From Tortispora ganteri (lineage: Eukaryota), in assembly GCA_003707115.1 (NCBI GenBank), contig PPNB01000003.1, positions 186,001 to 250,000 of the forward strand: 64,000 nucleotides of DNA, in the 5' to 3' direction. Positions within the stretch are counted from its first letter, which is position 1. Each line of letters begins with the position of its first letter. This document shows positions 11,829-22,837 of the stretch, piece by piece. Below the pieces are notes generated by a model. It did no database searches. It was given only the letters and a program-made list of their open reading frames with translations, and was not told where the DNA came from. Both the position numbers and the translations under genes were made by a program.

Positions 11829-13334
11829 ATGAGTTCAGGTAATGATTATCAAAAGGTAAAAGAGGGATTAGCTACAATTTTGTACCCTGGTGACGAGAGC
11901 AAAGAGGTCTTCTATAATCACATACAACAGTTCAATAGGGATCTGAGTGTTGTTGCTATTCGGACATGGGCAGCTAAACAAACGGAAAAGCGGTCGAAAA
12001 AGCGGAAGATAGATACCGACGGTGCTATTAGTGAGCAGCCATATATAAAAATATTCGAAGGGCTCGCTGCGAGTGGGCTTAGATCGATACGTTACGCAAA
12101 GGAGATCCCGTTAGTGAAGTCAGTGGTTGCGAACGATTTTTCTCCATCAGCGGTCGAGTCCATAGACCGCAATATAAAGTATAATGATGTTTCAAATATA
12201 GTGACATCTTCTGTAGGTGACGCAAATGTGCAAATGGTGTTACAGCGGTCCGCGCATCAGACAAAAGGAGGATCGCCAATTGCCGGACAGCAATCTTTCC
12301 ATTGTATTGACATTGATCCCTATGGTACTGCGGCACCATTTATTGACCAAGCGGTTCAGACAGTATCGAACGATGGATTATTATTGATCACATGTACAGA
12401 CTTGGCTGTTTTGGCCGGTGCGAGCTACCCGGAGAAATGCTATGCTAATTACGGCGGACTGACGAACCGTGGCTGCGAGTTCAGTCACGAATCAGCTCTT
12501 CGTCTAGTACTTGGACTAATTGGCACGACAGCAGCCCGGTATGGTCGGTCAATTGAACCCCTTCTCAGTCTGTCGATTGATTACTACTTGCGCGTATTTG
12601 TACGGGTGCGCACATCGCCGATTGAAGTAAAGTTTTTGCCGTCGAAAATGATGACCACTTACGTTTGCTCAGGCTGTTCGGCAGTTTCGACACAGCCGTT
12701 GACGCGTGCAACACCCACTGACGGTAAGATCACATCGTACAAGCACTCGCCGGCGCAGGGTCCACCAGTTGACCAACATTGCGAGCACTGTGGTTTTGTG
12801 CATCATATTGGAGGCCCCATGTGGGGTTCATTACTTCATGACCGCGAGTTTGTAAAGTCAATGCTTGATCTAATTGACACGCTCGATCCAGAAATCTACG
12901 GTACTACAAAGCGCATGAATGCGATGCTTACGCTGGCGCTAGAGGAAATTGACTATCCATTCTATTTCACGCCGTCTCACCTGGCCAAAGTCTTACACTG
13001 TGTGGCCCCGAATATCGCCGTCATGATGTCTGCGCTTATCAATAGCGGATACAAGGTCTCTGGGTCGCATTGTGTTCCGGGATCGATCAAGACAGATGCA
13101 CCGTTCTCTTTCATATGGGACATCTACCGAGAGTGGATCAAGAAATACCCAGTATCTGCTGCTAAACTGAAAGATTTTACTGCTGCTAAGGCGATTCTTG
13201 AAAAAAGTATGACGCATGATGTCGATCTAACGCTCGCGGATACTGTCAAGGAGTTGAAATCGAGACCCAAAGTTGCACGATACCCGCAGAACCCGGCCAA
13301 TTGGGGCCCAAAATCCCGTGCAAAAGCACAATAG
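11829..13334 (+). CDS. TRM1: tRNA (guanine26-N2,N2)-dimethyltransferase
   Basis: VFYNHIQQFNRDLS, EGLAASGLRSIRYAKE, IDIDPYGTAAPF, C-terminal NWGPKSRA. Confidence 0.95.
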   Translation: MSSGNDYQKVKEGLATILYPGDESKEVFYNHIQQFNRDLSVVAIRTWAAKQTEKRSKKRKIDTDGAISEQPYIKIFEGLAASGLRSIRYAKEIPLVKSVVANDFSPSAVESIDRNIKYNDVSNIVTSSVGDANVQMVLQRSAHQTKGGSPIAGQQSFHCIDIDPYGTAAPFIDQAVQTVSNDGLLLITCTDLAVLAGASYPEKCYANYGGLTNRGCEFSHESALRLVLGLIGTTAARYGRSIEPLLSLSIDYYLRVFVRVRTSPIEVKFLPSKMMTTYVCSGCSAVSTQPLTRATPTDGKITSYKHSPAQGPPVDQHCEHCGFVHHIGGPMWGSLLHDREFVKSMLDLIDTLDPEIYGTTKRMNAMLTLALEEIDYPFYFTPSHLAKVLHCVAPNIAVMMSALINSGYKVSGSHCVPGSIKTDAPFSFIWDIYREWIKKYPVSAAKLKDFTAAKAILEKSMTHDVDLTLADTVKELKSRPKVARYPQNPANWGPKSRAKAQ

Positions 13335-13359
13335 ACAATATTGCACTCTGGCTGCGTGA

Positions 13360-13417
13360 TCTATGGATTTTACCTAGATTGAGTCGCGGAAAATCCATAG
13401 AGGGGATCGTGATCCCC
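13360..13417. repeat. Two abutting inverted repeats
   Basis: TCTATGGATTTT (13360-13371) / AAAATCCATAGA (13390-13401), then GGGGATC-GT-GATCCCC (13402-13417). Confidence 0.85.
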
Positions 13418-13557
13418 GCATTTTAGACTCTATTAAACAGAACCAATAACAGTAATTGTAATAATAAATTTACTCAATAGAGTAACTGCGGCTCGAGTTT
13501 TTATATCATGTGCGCCTGCGCAATGTCTCCCCACACCTACACACACAAACCTAAAAG

Positions 13558-13563
13558 CCGAGG
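13558..13563 (+). promoter_or_regulatory. CCGAGG FarA/Ctf1/Por1-type fatty-acid response core
   Basis: CCGAGG about 70 bp upstream of the acyl-CoA dehydrogenase ATG, just before TATATATA. Confidence 0.5.
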
Positions 13564-13631
13564 CTCACTGAATATATATATCGGCTACACTTTCGGGACA
13601 TTTATTGTTATTTTTGCTCCGTCGATCCACA

Positions 13632-15254
13632 ATGTCAAAGAGTTTTACAACTGACGAGCTCGCAAAGCACAACTCCGAAAAGGATCTCTGGATCGCTATT
13701 GATGGTGATGTTTTCGATCTCACTAAGTTTCAGGAAATCCACCCTGGCGGTAAACGTATTTTGAAGCGTGTGGCTGGAAAAGACGCTACCAAATTTTTCT
13801 GGAAGTACCATAATGATAAAATCTTGAAGAAGTATAAGCCCAAACTTCAAATTGGGTCCCTTGATAAGGCCGCTGTAGCCTCTAAACTATCCGCCGAAGA
13901 GCCCGCCGAAATCGCTCTTTCTGCTAATCCGACGTCCGGTGGCTACAAATTGGTGAAGGGACTACCGCCATTTGGAGAACAAGTACCATATGGTGATCCT
14001 TTCTGGTACACTGGTGCCCGTTCTCCTTATTACAACGAGACCCACGCCGCTCTCCGCAAGGAGATCCGCGATTATGTCGAAGAGTGCCTTGAGCCTTACG
14101 TCGACGAGTGGGACGAAGCTCGTGATATGCCTAACTCGGTCTACGAGGAATTTGCCAAGCGTGGTTTCCTTGCTGGTTATTTGGGAGCTGCTCTACCAGA
14201 AAACTGCAAAAATCTCTGGAAGATCAAGAGTGCCTCTTTCGACCAATGGGATGGCTTCCATTCTCTCATCATTACCGATGAAATCATGCGTCTTGGCTCT
14301 ACTGGTCTCATGTGGAACTTGACTGGTGGATACGGTATTGGTCTTCCTCCTCTTATTCGCTGGGGCAAGAAAGAAGTCGTAGACCGTGTCGCTCCCGAAG
14401 TGGTTTCTGGCAAGAAACGCATCTGCCTCTGTATCACCGAACCAGATGCTGGTTCCGATGTAGCTAACCTCACCACCACTGCTGTTCTTTCTGACGACAA
14501 GAAATACTTTATTGTCAATGGCGAAAAGAAATGGATCACCAACGGTATATATGCTGACTACTTCACTGTTGCTGTACGCACCGGAGGACCTGGAATGGGA
14601 GGTATCTCTATGCTCCTGATCGAGCGTTCTTTTGGAGGTGTGGAGACGCGCAAACTTGACTGCATGGGTGTCTGGGCCTCAGGTACTACCTACATTTCTT
14701 TTGAAGATGTCAAGGTCCCTGTAGAAAACCTCATTGGTGAGCTCAATCAGGGATTCAAGGTAATCGTCACCAATTTTAACCACGAACGCATGGCTATTTG
14801 CGTACAAGCCGCCAGATGCGCTCGTGTATGTGTTGAAGAATCTATTAAGTATGCTCATCGTCGTGAGACTTTTGGTAAGCGTCTCATCGACCACGATGTT
14901 ATTCGCAACAAGATTGCGCAGATGGCGTGCAAGGTTGAAGCCACTCAGTGCGGTGTCGAGAATGCTGTTTACCAGATCCAATCTATGCCCGACGAGGAAT
15001 CTATGATTCGCATGGGTGGTTATATTGCGGGATTGAAGGCGCAATGTACTCAAACTTACGAGTTCTGTGTCCGTGAAGCCAGTCAGGTTTTCGGTGGCTT
15101 GTCCTACACCCGTGGTGGCGTTGGAGGGAAGATCGAGCGTCTCTTCCGTGAAACTAAGGCTTACACAATCCCTGGAGGTTCAGAGGAGATTATGCTTGAT
15201 CTCTCCATTCGTCAAGCTTTGCGTGTGCATAAACGATTCGGCGCCAAATTGTAA
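13632..15254 (+). CDS. Cytochrome b5-fused acyl-CoA dehydrogenase, peroxisomal (PTS1 -AKL)
   Basis: N-terminal b5 domain (DLWIAIDG.VFDLT..HPGG), ACAD motifs ITEPDAGSDV, NGEKKWITNG, QVFGG, IPGGSEEIM; C-terminal AKL. Confidence 0.92.
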   Translation: MSKSFTTDELAKHNSEKDLWIAIDGDVFDLTKFQEIHPGGKRILKRVAGKDATKFFWKYHNDKILKKYKPKLQIGSLDKAAVASKLSAEEPAEIALSANPTSGGYKLVKGLPPFGEQVPYGDPFWYTGARSPYYNETHAALRKEIRDYVEECLEPYVDEWDEARDMPNSVYEEFAKRGFLAGYLGAALPENCKNLWKIKSASFDQWDGFHSLIITDEIMRLGSTGLMWNLTGGYGIGLPPLIRWGKKEVVDRVAPEVVSGKKRICLCITEPDAGSDVANLTTTAVLSDDKKYFIVNGEKKWITNGIYADYFTVAVRTGGPGMGGISMLLIERSFGGVETRKLDCMGVWASGTTYISFEDVKVPVENLIGELNQGFKVIVTNFNHERMAICVQAARCARVCVEESIKYAHRRETFGKRLIDHDVIRNKIAQMACKVEATQCGVENAVYQIQSMPDEESMIRMGGYIAGLKAQCTQTYEFCVREASQVFGGLSYTRGGVGGKIERLFRETKAYTIPGGSEEIMLDLSIRQALRVHKRFGAKL

Positions 15255-15328
15255 TTACACTATAGCAACTGATCTCTTATGTGAATGCTCGTAAATTTAG
15301 TAATAGTAATTACAATATTTTTTTTTTC

Positions 15329-17629
15329 TCAACCCTTCGTACCATTACTTTGCTTGTTTTCCTTTTGTTCTTCTGATCCAGAGACAAATGGAACAGTAAT
15401 TAATACAAAACACACATGAAGAACTTTCTTCGCAGCCAAAAGTGCCATAAATCCAGCCCATACTGTCCACATAAGCCCAGTAACGGCCCAGTCAAGCATA
15501 ATGTATCCCATATTTTTCGCACTAATACCCCAGTGAAGTGCCCAAGAATGGTGTTTAGCGCGCATTTCAAGTGCAGAAAGTTGCTCACTGACAAGCAAAA
15601 CGTCTACACTCCAATTGGTGGTTATCTGTGCGCCTAATCGATCAGCCGTTATTCGCATTTGGTCGAGACAATTAGTAGTATCGTTTATCGTATTTCTGCT
15701 CTTGCCCAAGAAGCGAGACAACATCGGCAACGGCGTGTCTAGTGCCAAACCAGCTTCATCACAGGTTCCATCTCCACAATGCTCCAAGCATTGCAAATTC
15801 TGAATTGATGCATAATATTTTTCATTCATTCTGTTAAAATCTTCATTAGCTGCCTGTATAGAGGCAAGACTTTGAGGGAGCTGGTTATGGAGTAGAGAGA
15901 TATGGTCTTGACAGAAGTCAACAGTGCTCACAGCACTTCGGCTCAATATATCACATTTGGCATTCAATAGTGACAGTTTACGCAACATCTCAGAGAACTT
16001 TTCCGCAACCTCATTAGATACTTTGCGTTTTTGTTCTTGTAAAGCTATATTTGTAGAATCGCTGACAACGTCATGAGGAGTAAATCCCTCATCGTAGCAA
16101 GAGTCCGAGTCCGAGCCCGAATCAGAGTCAGAGTCCGAGTCAGAGATTTCGTGATGTGAATTATTCTGCCAATCAAAATGATTGGCCCATGGACCAGAGC
16201 TGGCATTATCATGAGTAATTTCTGTTTTATAATCGAACTTTTCATCGTGTTCTTCAGTTTTTGGCAGCACATTTCTCACTGAATTAATGCTTGGTAGTTC
16301 CAAACGTTCAGAGGTCTGCGACGAGGTGGGGCGAGACTGATGCTGGCTGTTGCTGCTTTCACGTCTTCCTATTGTAGATATAGCATTTAAATGCGCAGAT
16401 ATACTCTCGCCATCAATATCATCATCTTCTGCACAAGAGAAAGTCTCTTTTTCCAACAATTTATCTGATAACTTAGTGACAGCTTCCGCCATTTTTGTGA
16501 GGCGCACGGTATCAGCGTCAAGGAGGTCAGCAGGGACAGCTGGCGATATATCATTATATGCATCGCTGGTATTAGTGGGCCGTCGTATTAGAGGGCTGAA
16601 CTGTATATTGGACACAGTTTCAGTAGCGTTTTCTGTTTGATTAGTAAGAGCTGATTCCGCATGATCATCAGTTTGAGAACGCGAATAAAAAGATGAATTA
16701 TCACCCTGGTCGTTTGTGACTTTGCTATACTTTTGTGATGTATTTCTTTTCTCGCGAGTATCTGATGATGTATGTTCACCTGCGCCTGTTGAAGAAGTTG
16801 TAGCTGCAGTGGTATTACCAGAGAATACATCCACGAGTCGTTGTTGATGTGAGTTAAGTAAGTTGTACCTATTAGTTATTCGCCACTGAAGATCGGCATA
16901 CTCTTCGTCAGGACTAACTTCCCATAGTAGTTTAGGTTTTCCCTGAGATTGTCTGGCCATACTCGTCTGAAGAGGCGGAACTTCAAAGTCAAGATGGCCA
17001 CTGAACCCGGCACGATTGCGGGCCGATCTGTCACGAATGGTCTGTAATGGGTTATAACAGCCGTCAATGTTCGGTAGAACAATTGAATCTCCTGCCGGTA
17101 CACCCTTGGTTTTAAGAGCTAGCTGTACGAACGAGTATTTCAAGATGAGTGCGATTTTGCACCGCAACGCACGGTGTAAACTTGTGGTGGACATGTGCGT
17201 CAGTTTTGAGTCTGGAGACACAGGAGAGTTCGGAATATCTGAAGAGCGCAAAAGAGCAGCTTGCGCTGACGAATTGATGATCGGTGAAGACATGAAAGCT
17301 TCATGTTCTTGTGCTTCGACGACATGTGAAAGAAAGTTAGCAGCGACTGCAGCATCCACAGGGGTTATTTCATGCGGGCTGGTTATTGATAACGATTTCT
17401 TATGTAAAGATTCAGGGGTATTTATACTGCTTACAATGCTGGGGGATTTCTCTGGCGATCCAATGTTTGAAGTGGTGTAATGACTATTCGAAGAGCCAGA
17501 AGAAGGCGATCTTAATGAGCTTGGGCGGGATATGGCTGGTGATCCCGACAGAAGAAAGCCATGAGAAGAGCCTAAATGTCCTTTGTTATGGCCTTTTCTA
17601 GCTCGGGGATGATTTGCTACGCGAGCCAT
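15329..17629 (-). CDS. MTC4: Mtc4-like protein
   Basis: YNPLQTIRDR and WEVSPDEEYADLQWR blocks plus C-terminal hydrophobic segment (GYIMLDWAVTGLMWTVW) recalled for the Mtc4 family; otherwise low complexity. Confidence 0.6.
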   Translation of the reverse strand: MARVANHPRARKGHNKGHLGSSHGFLLSGSPAISRPSSLRSPSSGSSNSHYTTSNIGSPEKSPSIVSSINTPESLHKKSLSITSPHEITPVDAAVAANFLSHVVEAQEHEAFMSSPIINSSAQAALLRSSDIPNSPVSPDSKLTHMSTTSLHRALRCKIALILKYSFVQLALKTKGVPAGDSIVLPNIDGCYNPLQTIRDRSARNRAGFSGHLDFEVPPLQTSMARQSQGKPKLLWEVSPDEEYADLQWRITNRYNLLNSHQQRLVDVFSGNTTAATTSSTGAGEHTSSDTREKRNTSQKYSKVTNDQGDNSSFYSRSQTDDHAESALTNQTENATETVSNIQFSPLIRRPTNTSDAYNDISPAVPADLLDADTVRLTKMAEAVTKLSDKLLEKETFSCAEDDDIDGESISAHLNAISTIGRRESSNSQHQSRPTSSQTSERLELPSINSVRNVLPKTEEHDEKFDYKTEITHDNASSGPWANHFDWQNNSHHEISDSDSDSDSGSDSDSCYDEGFTPHDVVSDSTNIALQEQKRKVSNEVAEKFSEMLRKLSLLNAKCDILSRSAVSTVDFCQDHISLLHNQLPQSLASIQAANEDFNRMNEKYYASIQNLQCLEHCGDGTCDEAGLALDTPLPMLSRFLGKSRNTINDTTNCLDQMRITADRLGAQITTNWSVDVLLVSEQLSALEMRAKHHSWALHWGISAKNMGYIMLDWAVTGLMWTVWAGFMALLAAKKVLHVCFVLITVPFVSGSEEQKENKQSNGTKG

Positions 17630-19140
17630 TGTGATATATCACTCCCTTGTTGGTGCGGGATGTGTGCTAGCGGTAGGCAGTCTTTAATGGTAATGGAGAG
17701 CAAGTGGCTTACCCAACAGACAAAGGGCGACTAAAGTTAACATGCCGCTCAGGTTAGGGGAAAAGGCAACTGCAGCGGTTATGGCAGCGATGTAAGACGC
17801 GAACAGGAAGGAGGAGATTATTTTTTTGGAAAGGTTTAGATGAAGATTAGCACAAAGTTGTAAATGAGCAAGTATATGGATTTAAGTGAAAGTTCGCGAA
17901 GTTTAGTAGTTAGAATAGTTGAAAAAGAGTTGGATATCAGGAGAGATATGGTTTGCCGAAATAGAGTTGGCCGTTTGTCGATAGTTTTCAGTTCCAAAAC
18001 GGATAGCAATTCTTGTATTGGTTAAGAAAAGAGGATGATAGACAAAAAAGAAGTTGTTGAGGGAGATTGACCGCGTATTGACGGGAAGTAGATGAACCGA
18101 GATGAAACCACGTGGTATGTTAAAAAGGCTTGAACATATAGTCCGTCGAATACTGCAATATAAATGTGTAAAGATCGATGCGCGCCGTTTATTGAAATTA
18201 AAGAACGTTAAATAAGGACAAATTTTTGAAGAAGGTTATATGATATGTTTGTATACCTTTCCAGTATACTTAGCGCACTCTTATAATATAAGATACAATA
18301 TGAAAACAGTACTAAATAATGAAACGTTGATAACTTGATGCTGTTAGATACATTGTAACCATGACATATGAAGGTGAAATTTAAAGTATATAGTATTATT
18401 GGCCAGTGAGTGGCATTGGCAGTTGTATAGAATGGAAAATAGGTTCGGTGAGTGGCGCGGTTCAAGGAACTATTAGAAAATAAAGTTTTAAAGTTGAAAA
18501 ATAGTTGTAAAGCATTACTGTAAACGAGATGAAAATGAGTGATTATGGTGGACGAAGGTCTTCTTAATGAGTTGAGTTTTAGTTAGTAGCGCCAGTGGAA
18601 AATGTTTTCCGATTAAGCCCGAATCTAATGAATATTGGGGGCACTTGATGAATGTGAAACAGCGTAATATTTGACCTAAAAGCGGGCAAACATGTAGATT
18701 AGAGCTAAATTAGACAACGAACATCACGATATAAATCTCGGTTCTGGCATCCGTAGCAATATGTTTTTTTTTTTATGTTTAATTTTTAGCTCAAAGTTTG
18801 ATCATTATGAACGTATCTTTTGGATAAGCATCGTACAATCGCATAACCGAATTTGAATCAATTGAATCTCGTTTTGACAAGAAGTTGATCATTGTCGTTC
18901 GTTTTTTATGATGTTTCAGTATACTACTAAAGATTATGCCTTTTTTGACGTAATAATGGGAATAAAACTAACTATAGGAACTAATTACAACTCAATTAAG
19001 GCATTTTAGCGCGATAGAAGAGTAGGTTATCGAAACACTATAGACATGTGCTAAATTAAGGTTTTTTAAAAGACATAGGAGTTTGAGTTTCGCAACAATT
19101 ACACTTTAAGATTAAGATAGAGTTAATTAAATACACTCAC

Positions 19141-20322
19141 TTATTGAATACGGTTATGTGCTTTCCTTTCGTGGCGGACACGAGAGTCAGTTCGCATAAA
19201 CTCACGATTGCAGTTCGGTTCCCGACATATATAGCCACGAACTTGGTGCTGGAATCTGATATGTCGTTTGTAGTCACAATGTTTTACAAATCCAATAATC
19301 TCCCACGGACAGTCCGATCCTGCAGTGCACTTATAGGGTCTCTCAATGTTCTCTTCTTTTAAATGATAGTAATAGTCTAATCCGGTGCTAAAAGTTTTTG
19401 AACAGTGACTGCAGCGGAAAGAACCTTTTTTCTTACTTTTAGCTAAAAGTTCAATCTGCCTTTGAGTTAAAGTAGGTACCATCGGAGCCGAGTAAGCAGC
19501 TGATCTCACAGTCGAAGTCGAGCTCAATGATTCCGGAGCGGATTTCGTCTCTGGGCTTGAAACCGGGCTCAATTCAGATGTACGGTTCGGAGAATCATCG
19601 TAGTAGCTACTTGATATAGATTGGTGAATCCGCAAAATTGGTTGCTGCTGTTCAAGCGCGAACTGATGGTAAGGTCCATGGTTCGAGTTAACCGGCATTG
19701 TGTTTGTCGTTGTTTCTGCTGAGTTTAGGAGGAATCTCATATTGGCGTTCTCATGTGGATCAGAAGCCAGATAGTATTGTGATCTATAGTTTTCACTGTT
19801 TACAGCAGAATCAGGGAACCCATTAGCCGGGGAAAGATCCCAGTCTGCAATCTCATCTGAAAATCGCTGCAGCATCTCATCGCTGACAATACGACTCAAT
19901 GCAGAATGACTATATAGGCAATCACCGGTCGAAAACTCAGGAGCACTGCTAACAAAATGTCTCTGTTCAGCAGGTTCATTTATGTAATTTTCTGTCGGTA
20001 TATTGCAAACATAATTCCGAGTAAAGGAATTGGAAGAAGAGGTAATTGGAATGCGGCTAGATATAGCGTTGGTCGAAGCACGACGTATAGGATATACCGA
20101 GTATCGTACGTTATTGTTATTATGATTATCTGTATTGTAGGTGCTATATGCGCGCGGAATATGCAGAAGCGAAGTATTTGGTTTTGTATTTCTATCCTCT
20201 TCGCTTTGAAGAACTCCGCGATTGTTGCGGTGGACTTCGACGGGCATAGAAGCGTTATCGGTGATCGTTACCTTGCAGGGTTCTATAGAGTATTGCTCCT
20301 TGTAATTCATCTTAGTTATCAT
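19141..20322 (-). CDS. RME1: Three-C2H2 zinc finger transcription factor, Rme1-like
   Basis: C-terminal fingers with CPWEIIGF...KRH and C..PNC.REF.R.DS..RH, resembling Rme1 CPWKILGF; disordered N-terminus. Confidence 0.7.
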   Translation of the reverse strand: MITKMNYKEQYSIEPCKVTITDNASMPVEVHRNNRGVLQSEEDRNTKPNTSLLHIPRAYSTYNTDNHNNNNVRYSVYPIRRASTNAISSRIPITSSSNSFTRNYVCNIPTENYINEPAEQRHFVSSAPEFSTGDCLYSHSALSRIVSDEMLQRFSDEIADWDLSPANGFPDSAVNSENYRSQYYLASDPHENANMRFLLNSAETTTNTMPVNSNHGPYHQFALEQQQPILRIHQSISSSYYDDSPNRTSELSPVSSPETKSAPESLSSTSTVRSAAYSAPMVPTLTQRQIELLAKSKKKGSFRCSHCSKTFSTGLDYYYHLKEENIERPYKCTAGSDCPWEIIGFVKHCDYKRHIRFQHQVRGYICREPNCNREFMRTDSRVRHERKAHNRIQ

Positions 20323-21603
20323 AGGAGTAATGCAAAGTAGAGTAGCGAATCCTGACTAGTCAATACGTCTCATATCTTTGAGAAATGACTTAACGTAATA
20401 TATGTTATATATATATATTATGTAAAACATTCATCAAAGATAGCTTCAACGTTACAATACACAATTTATTTCCCTCGTGGGAACAGAAGGAAATTAAGTA
20501 TATAACCTTATTAATAAACTTTGCAAATAACCAATAATGGCATTTGTCAACTCTAACGCTCTTTACGGCTAAATTTTGCTTTTATCTCGAACCCTATCAA
20601 TACTAATGAAGATCGCATTATGCAATAGTCACTACTATATTTTCTGTAGCTGAGCCGTTCGGTCTAGTAATATGTTTCTCTAGTGGGGTGGGGGGTAATA
20701 CCAATTGAAAAGTAAAGTGAAAAAAATGTTGCATACCTTACAGTGTAGCATATATTTTAACTATCGCGAAAAAAATGAAGAAGCAAAGCATTATCACAGA
20801 AATGTATAGTAATCGATTTGCGGGCAACTAAAAGTTTAGTTCTCTCATAAACAAAAATTATATAAAAAGAAAAAGAAACGAGGGACTAGAATAGTACTAT
20901 TGTCGTTGACGCCAAGGTGAAATTATTTACGCTTAACTTTTGGCAGCATGATTTATTCTGTCTCCAATTTTATGTTAGCCAATGAATGATGGGACAAGGC
21001 CAACCTATGAATAAATCAGGGGTAAAAATCGGTATAATATAACGCCGCTTATTCTTATCTGTAGCTTAAATAGGAATATGTCATAATCAAACGGAACTTT
21101 TCTACTTGCCAATTTGATTCTATATATTATTATCATTTAGGCAGTACTATATAACAATGGCGAAATAAATGAATTCAGTTTCGATAAGGGATTACCTTAA
21201 AATTTGGTTCAATTAATAGCCCTTTGGCCATCTTCGGTAATACGTGGGGGAGGGGGTGAGCATCACCGGAAAGTTAAGACCACTTTGCCTTCTTGCAGAA
21301 AATTCAACTTTCCTGCGTAGGTTTCGAGTTTCTCATTCTCTGTTCAACCTTGAGGCCGTGAGAATTCCAATTATAAACAAGTGCTAGCGGGTATCTGATA
21401 CAATCTGAACATGACGATAGATATATAGACAGCCGTTCATGCAGAAAAAAAAATCATAATATGCCAAAAAAGTAACTGGCAAGCAAATATAACAGCGGCG
21501 TAAGATTCAATAAGAAGGGACAAAAACGTAACAATAAAAGTAAGTCCCCGGGGGATCCAAGAAAGCTTGCAGACTTCCTTAAGCAGAGACTACGATGCCA
21601 AAT

Positions 21604-22353
21604 TCAAAGTCGCGATCTAGCTTTGTGCTTCTCCCATACGCCTAGCATTATCGACCGGTCATTCTTCTTGACAGCTTCTTCTACTGCATCACTGTCGGCA
21701 CCCCATACTGCGAAAGTATACTCCGCAGCATGATTCAACAGATATTCAACAGGATCAGTACAGTTAGCGAGCTGTTCTATGAGTTGGTGCGGTAAATGCA
21801 CCTGAGGGTCATAGGAGCTAGGCGGGTGTCTAGGACCTGTCTGAAATTCGATATCGTCGGTTCCATTCATCAGCAGATCAATTACATCCTTACCGTCTTC
21901 AATACCCACGTCTGAAGAAATTGAAGGTGAAAAATGTATGTTCTGATGAATGGTCGATGACGGTTCGCTAGCCGCAGAATCGAGCACGGCTGAGGGTGTC
22001 AGGTTAGCAGTCTGATTATGCCATTGGCGGAGTGATTGAGCTTCTTTTTGAGAAGAAGTACTTCGAATAGATGTTTGTGGCGTGAACCGCGCCGAATTGT
22101 GCTGTGCAGATTGTATTTCTTGAATACTGCTATCCACTTCCTCGGTACGAATACTCCGGGAAGATTGTCCTTTAGAGGTAGAGCCTGAGAAAACGTAACC
22201 AGGGTCCTTGAACGAGCTAGACAATTGCGAAGCTGAGTTAACTATCCTTTGTGCAACTGATTTGGAAGATTGATCATTTTTTGAAGCCTCCGATTCATTG
22301 TACTGCTGTTTCGTAAGATCATTCGAGTCTGACTCTTTTCCCTTGCTGGACAT
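21604..22353 (-). CDS. Hypothetical protein (249 aa), C-terminal SRL
   Basis: 750 bp ORF from ATG 22353 filling a gap between genes; no domain recognised. Confidence 0.7.
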   Translation of the reverse strand: MSSKGKESDSNDLTKQQYNESEASKNDQSSKSVAQRIVNSASQLSSSFKDPGYVFSGSTSKGQSSRSIRTEEVDSSIQEIQSAQHNSARFTPQTSIRSTSSQKEAQSLRQWHNQTANLTPSAVLDSAASEPSSTIHQNIHFSPSISSDVGIEDGKDVIDLLMNGTDDIEFQTGPRHPPSSYDPQVHLPHQLIEQLANCTDPVEYLLNHAAEYTFAVWGADSDAVEEAVKKNDRSIMLGVWEKHKARSRL

Positions 22354-22837
22354 CAATATTTATAAGACACTACCAAATGTAAACAAATTCTGACACCTCT
22401 ATTTAGCTAGTTTGTTCCTTAGTAAAACCAATACTTCAACTCTTCTTGGATTGTGGTAATTTAATGTCTGTATTTAAGGATATATTTACTGGTCATATTA
22501 CGCCATGTAAGTATTACTTAAAACCTAACCCAACCTCACAAACTAAGCTATTGTGTCCATAGTAACCAGCTAATACTCAACACCCTTTTCCCTTTTCTTC
22601 ATACACCTACAGAACGGCAAGAATCCTTCTTCTTTCCTAAAGTACTTAATCCGGAAAGCGGTTGCCTTCAAACATAGCATAGAATTCTATAAATTTTGCA
22701 TTGCACCATTGATTCAATAGCAATTGCAGCTTTTGTTGTTACTGAATAACCGAAACTGACCTGTACGCTTGCATTACTCCACCATTGCTCATTTTTTTCC
22801 CGCGCTCCCTGGGCTCTATATTACGTAAAAGACAAAT

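Noticed and set aside
13511..13522. TGCGCCTGCGCA resembling a metazoan NRF1 site
   Set aside because: No known fungal factor for it; single occurrence.
18771..18781. 11/11 match to the S. cerevisiae ARS consensus
   Set aside because: Expected by chance in T-rich DNA; the consensus is not general outside Saccharomycetaceae.
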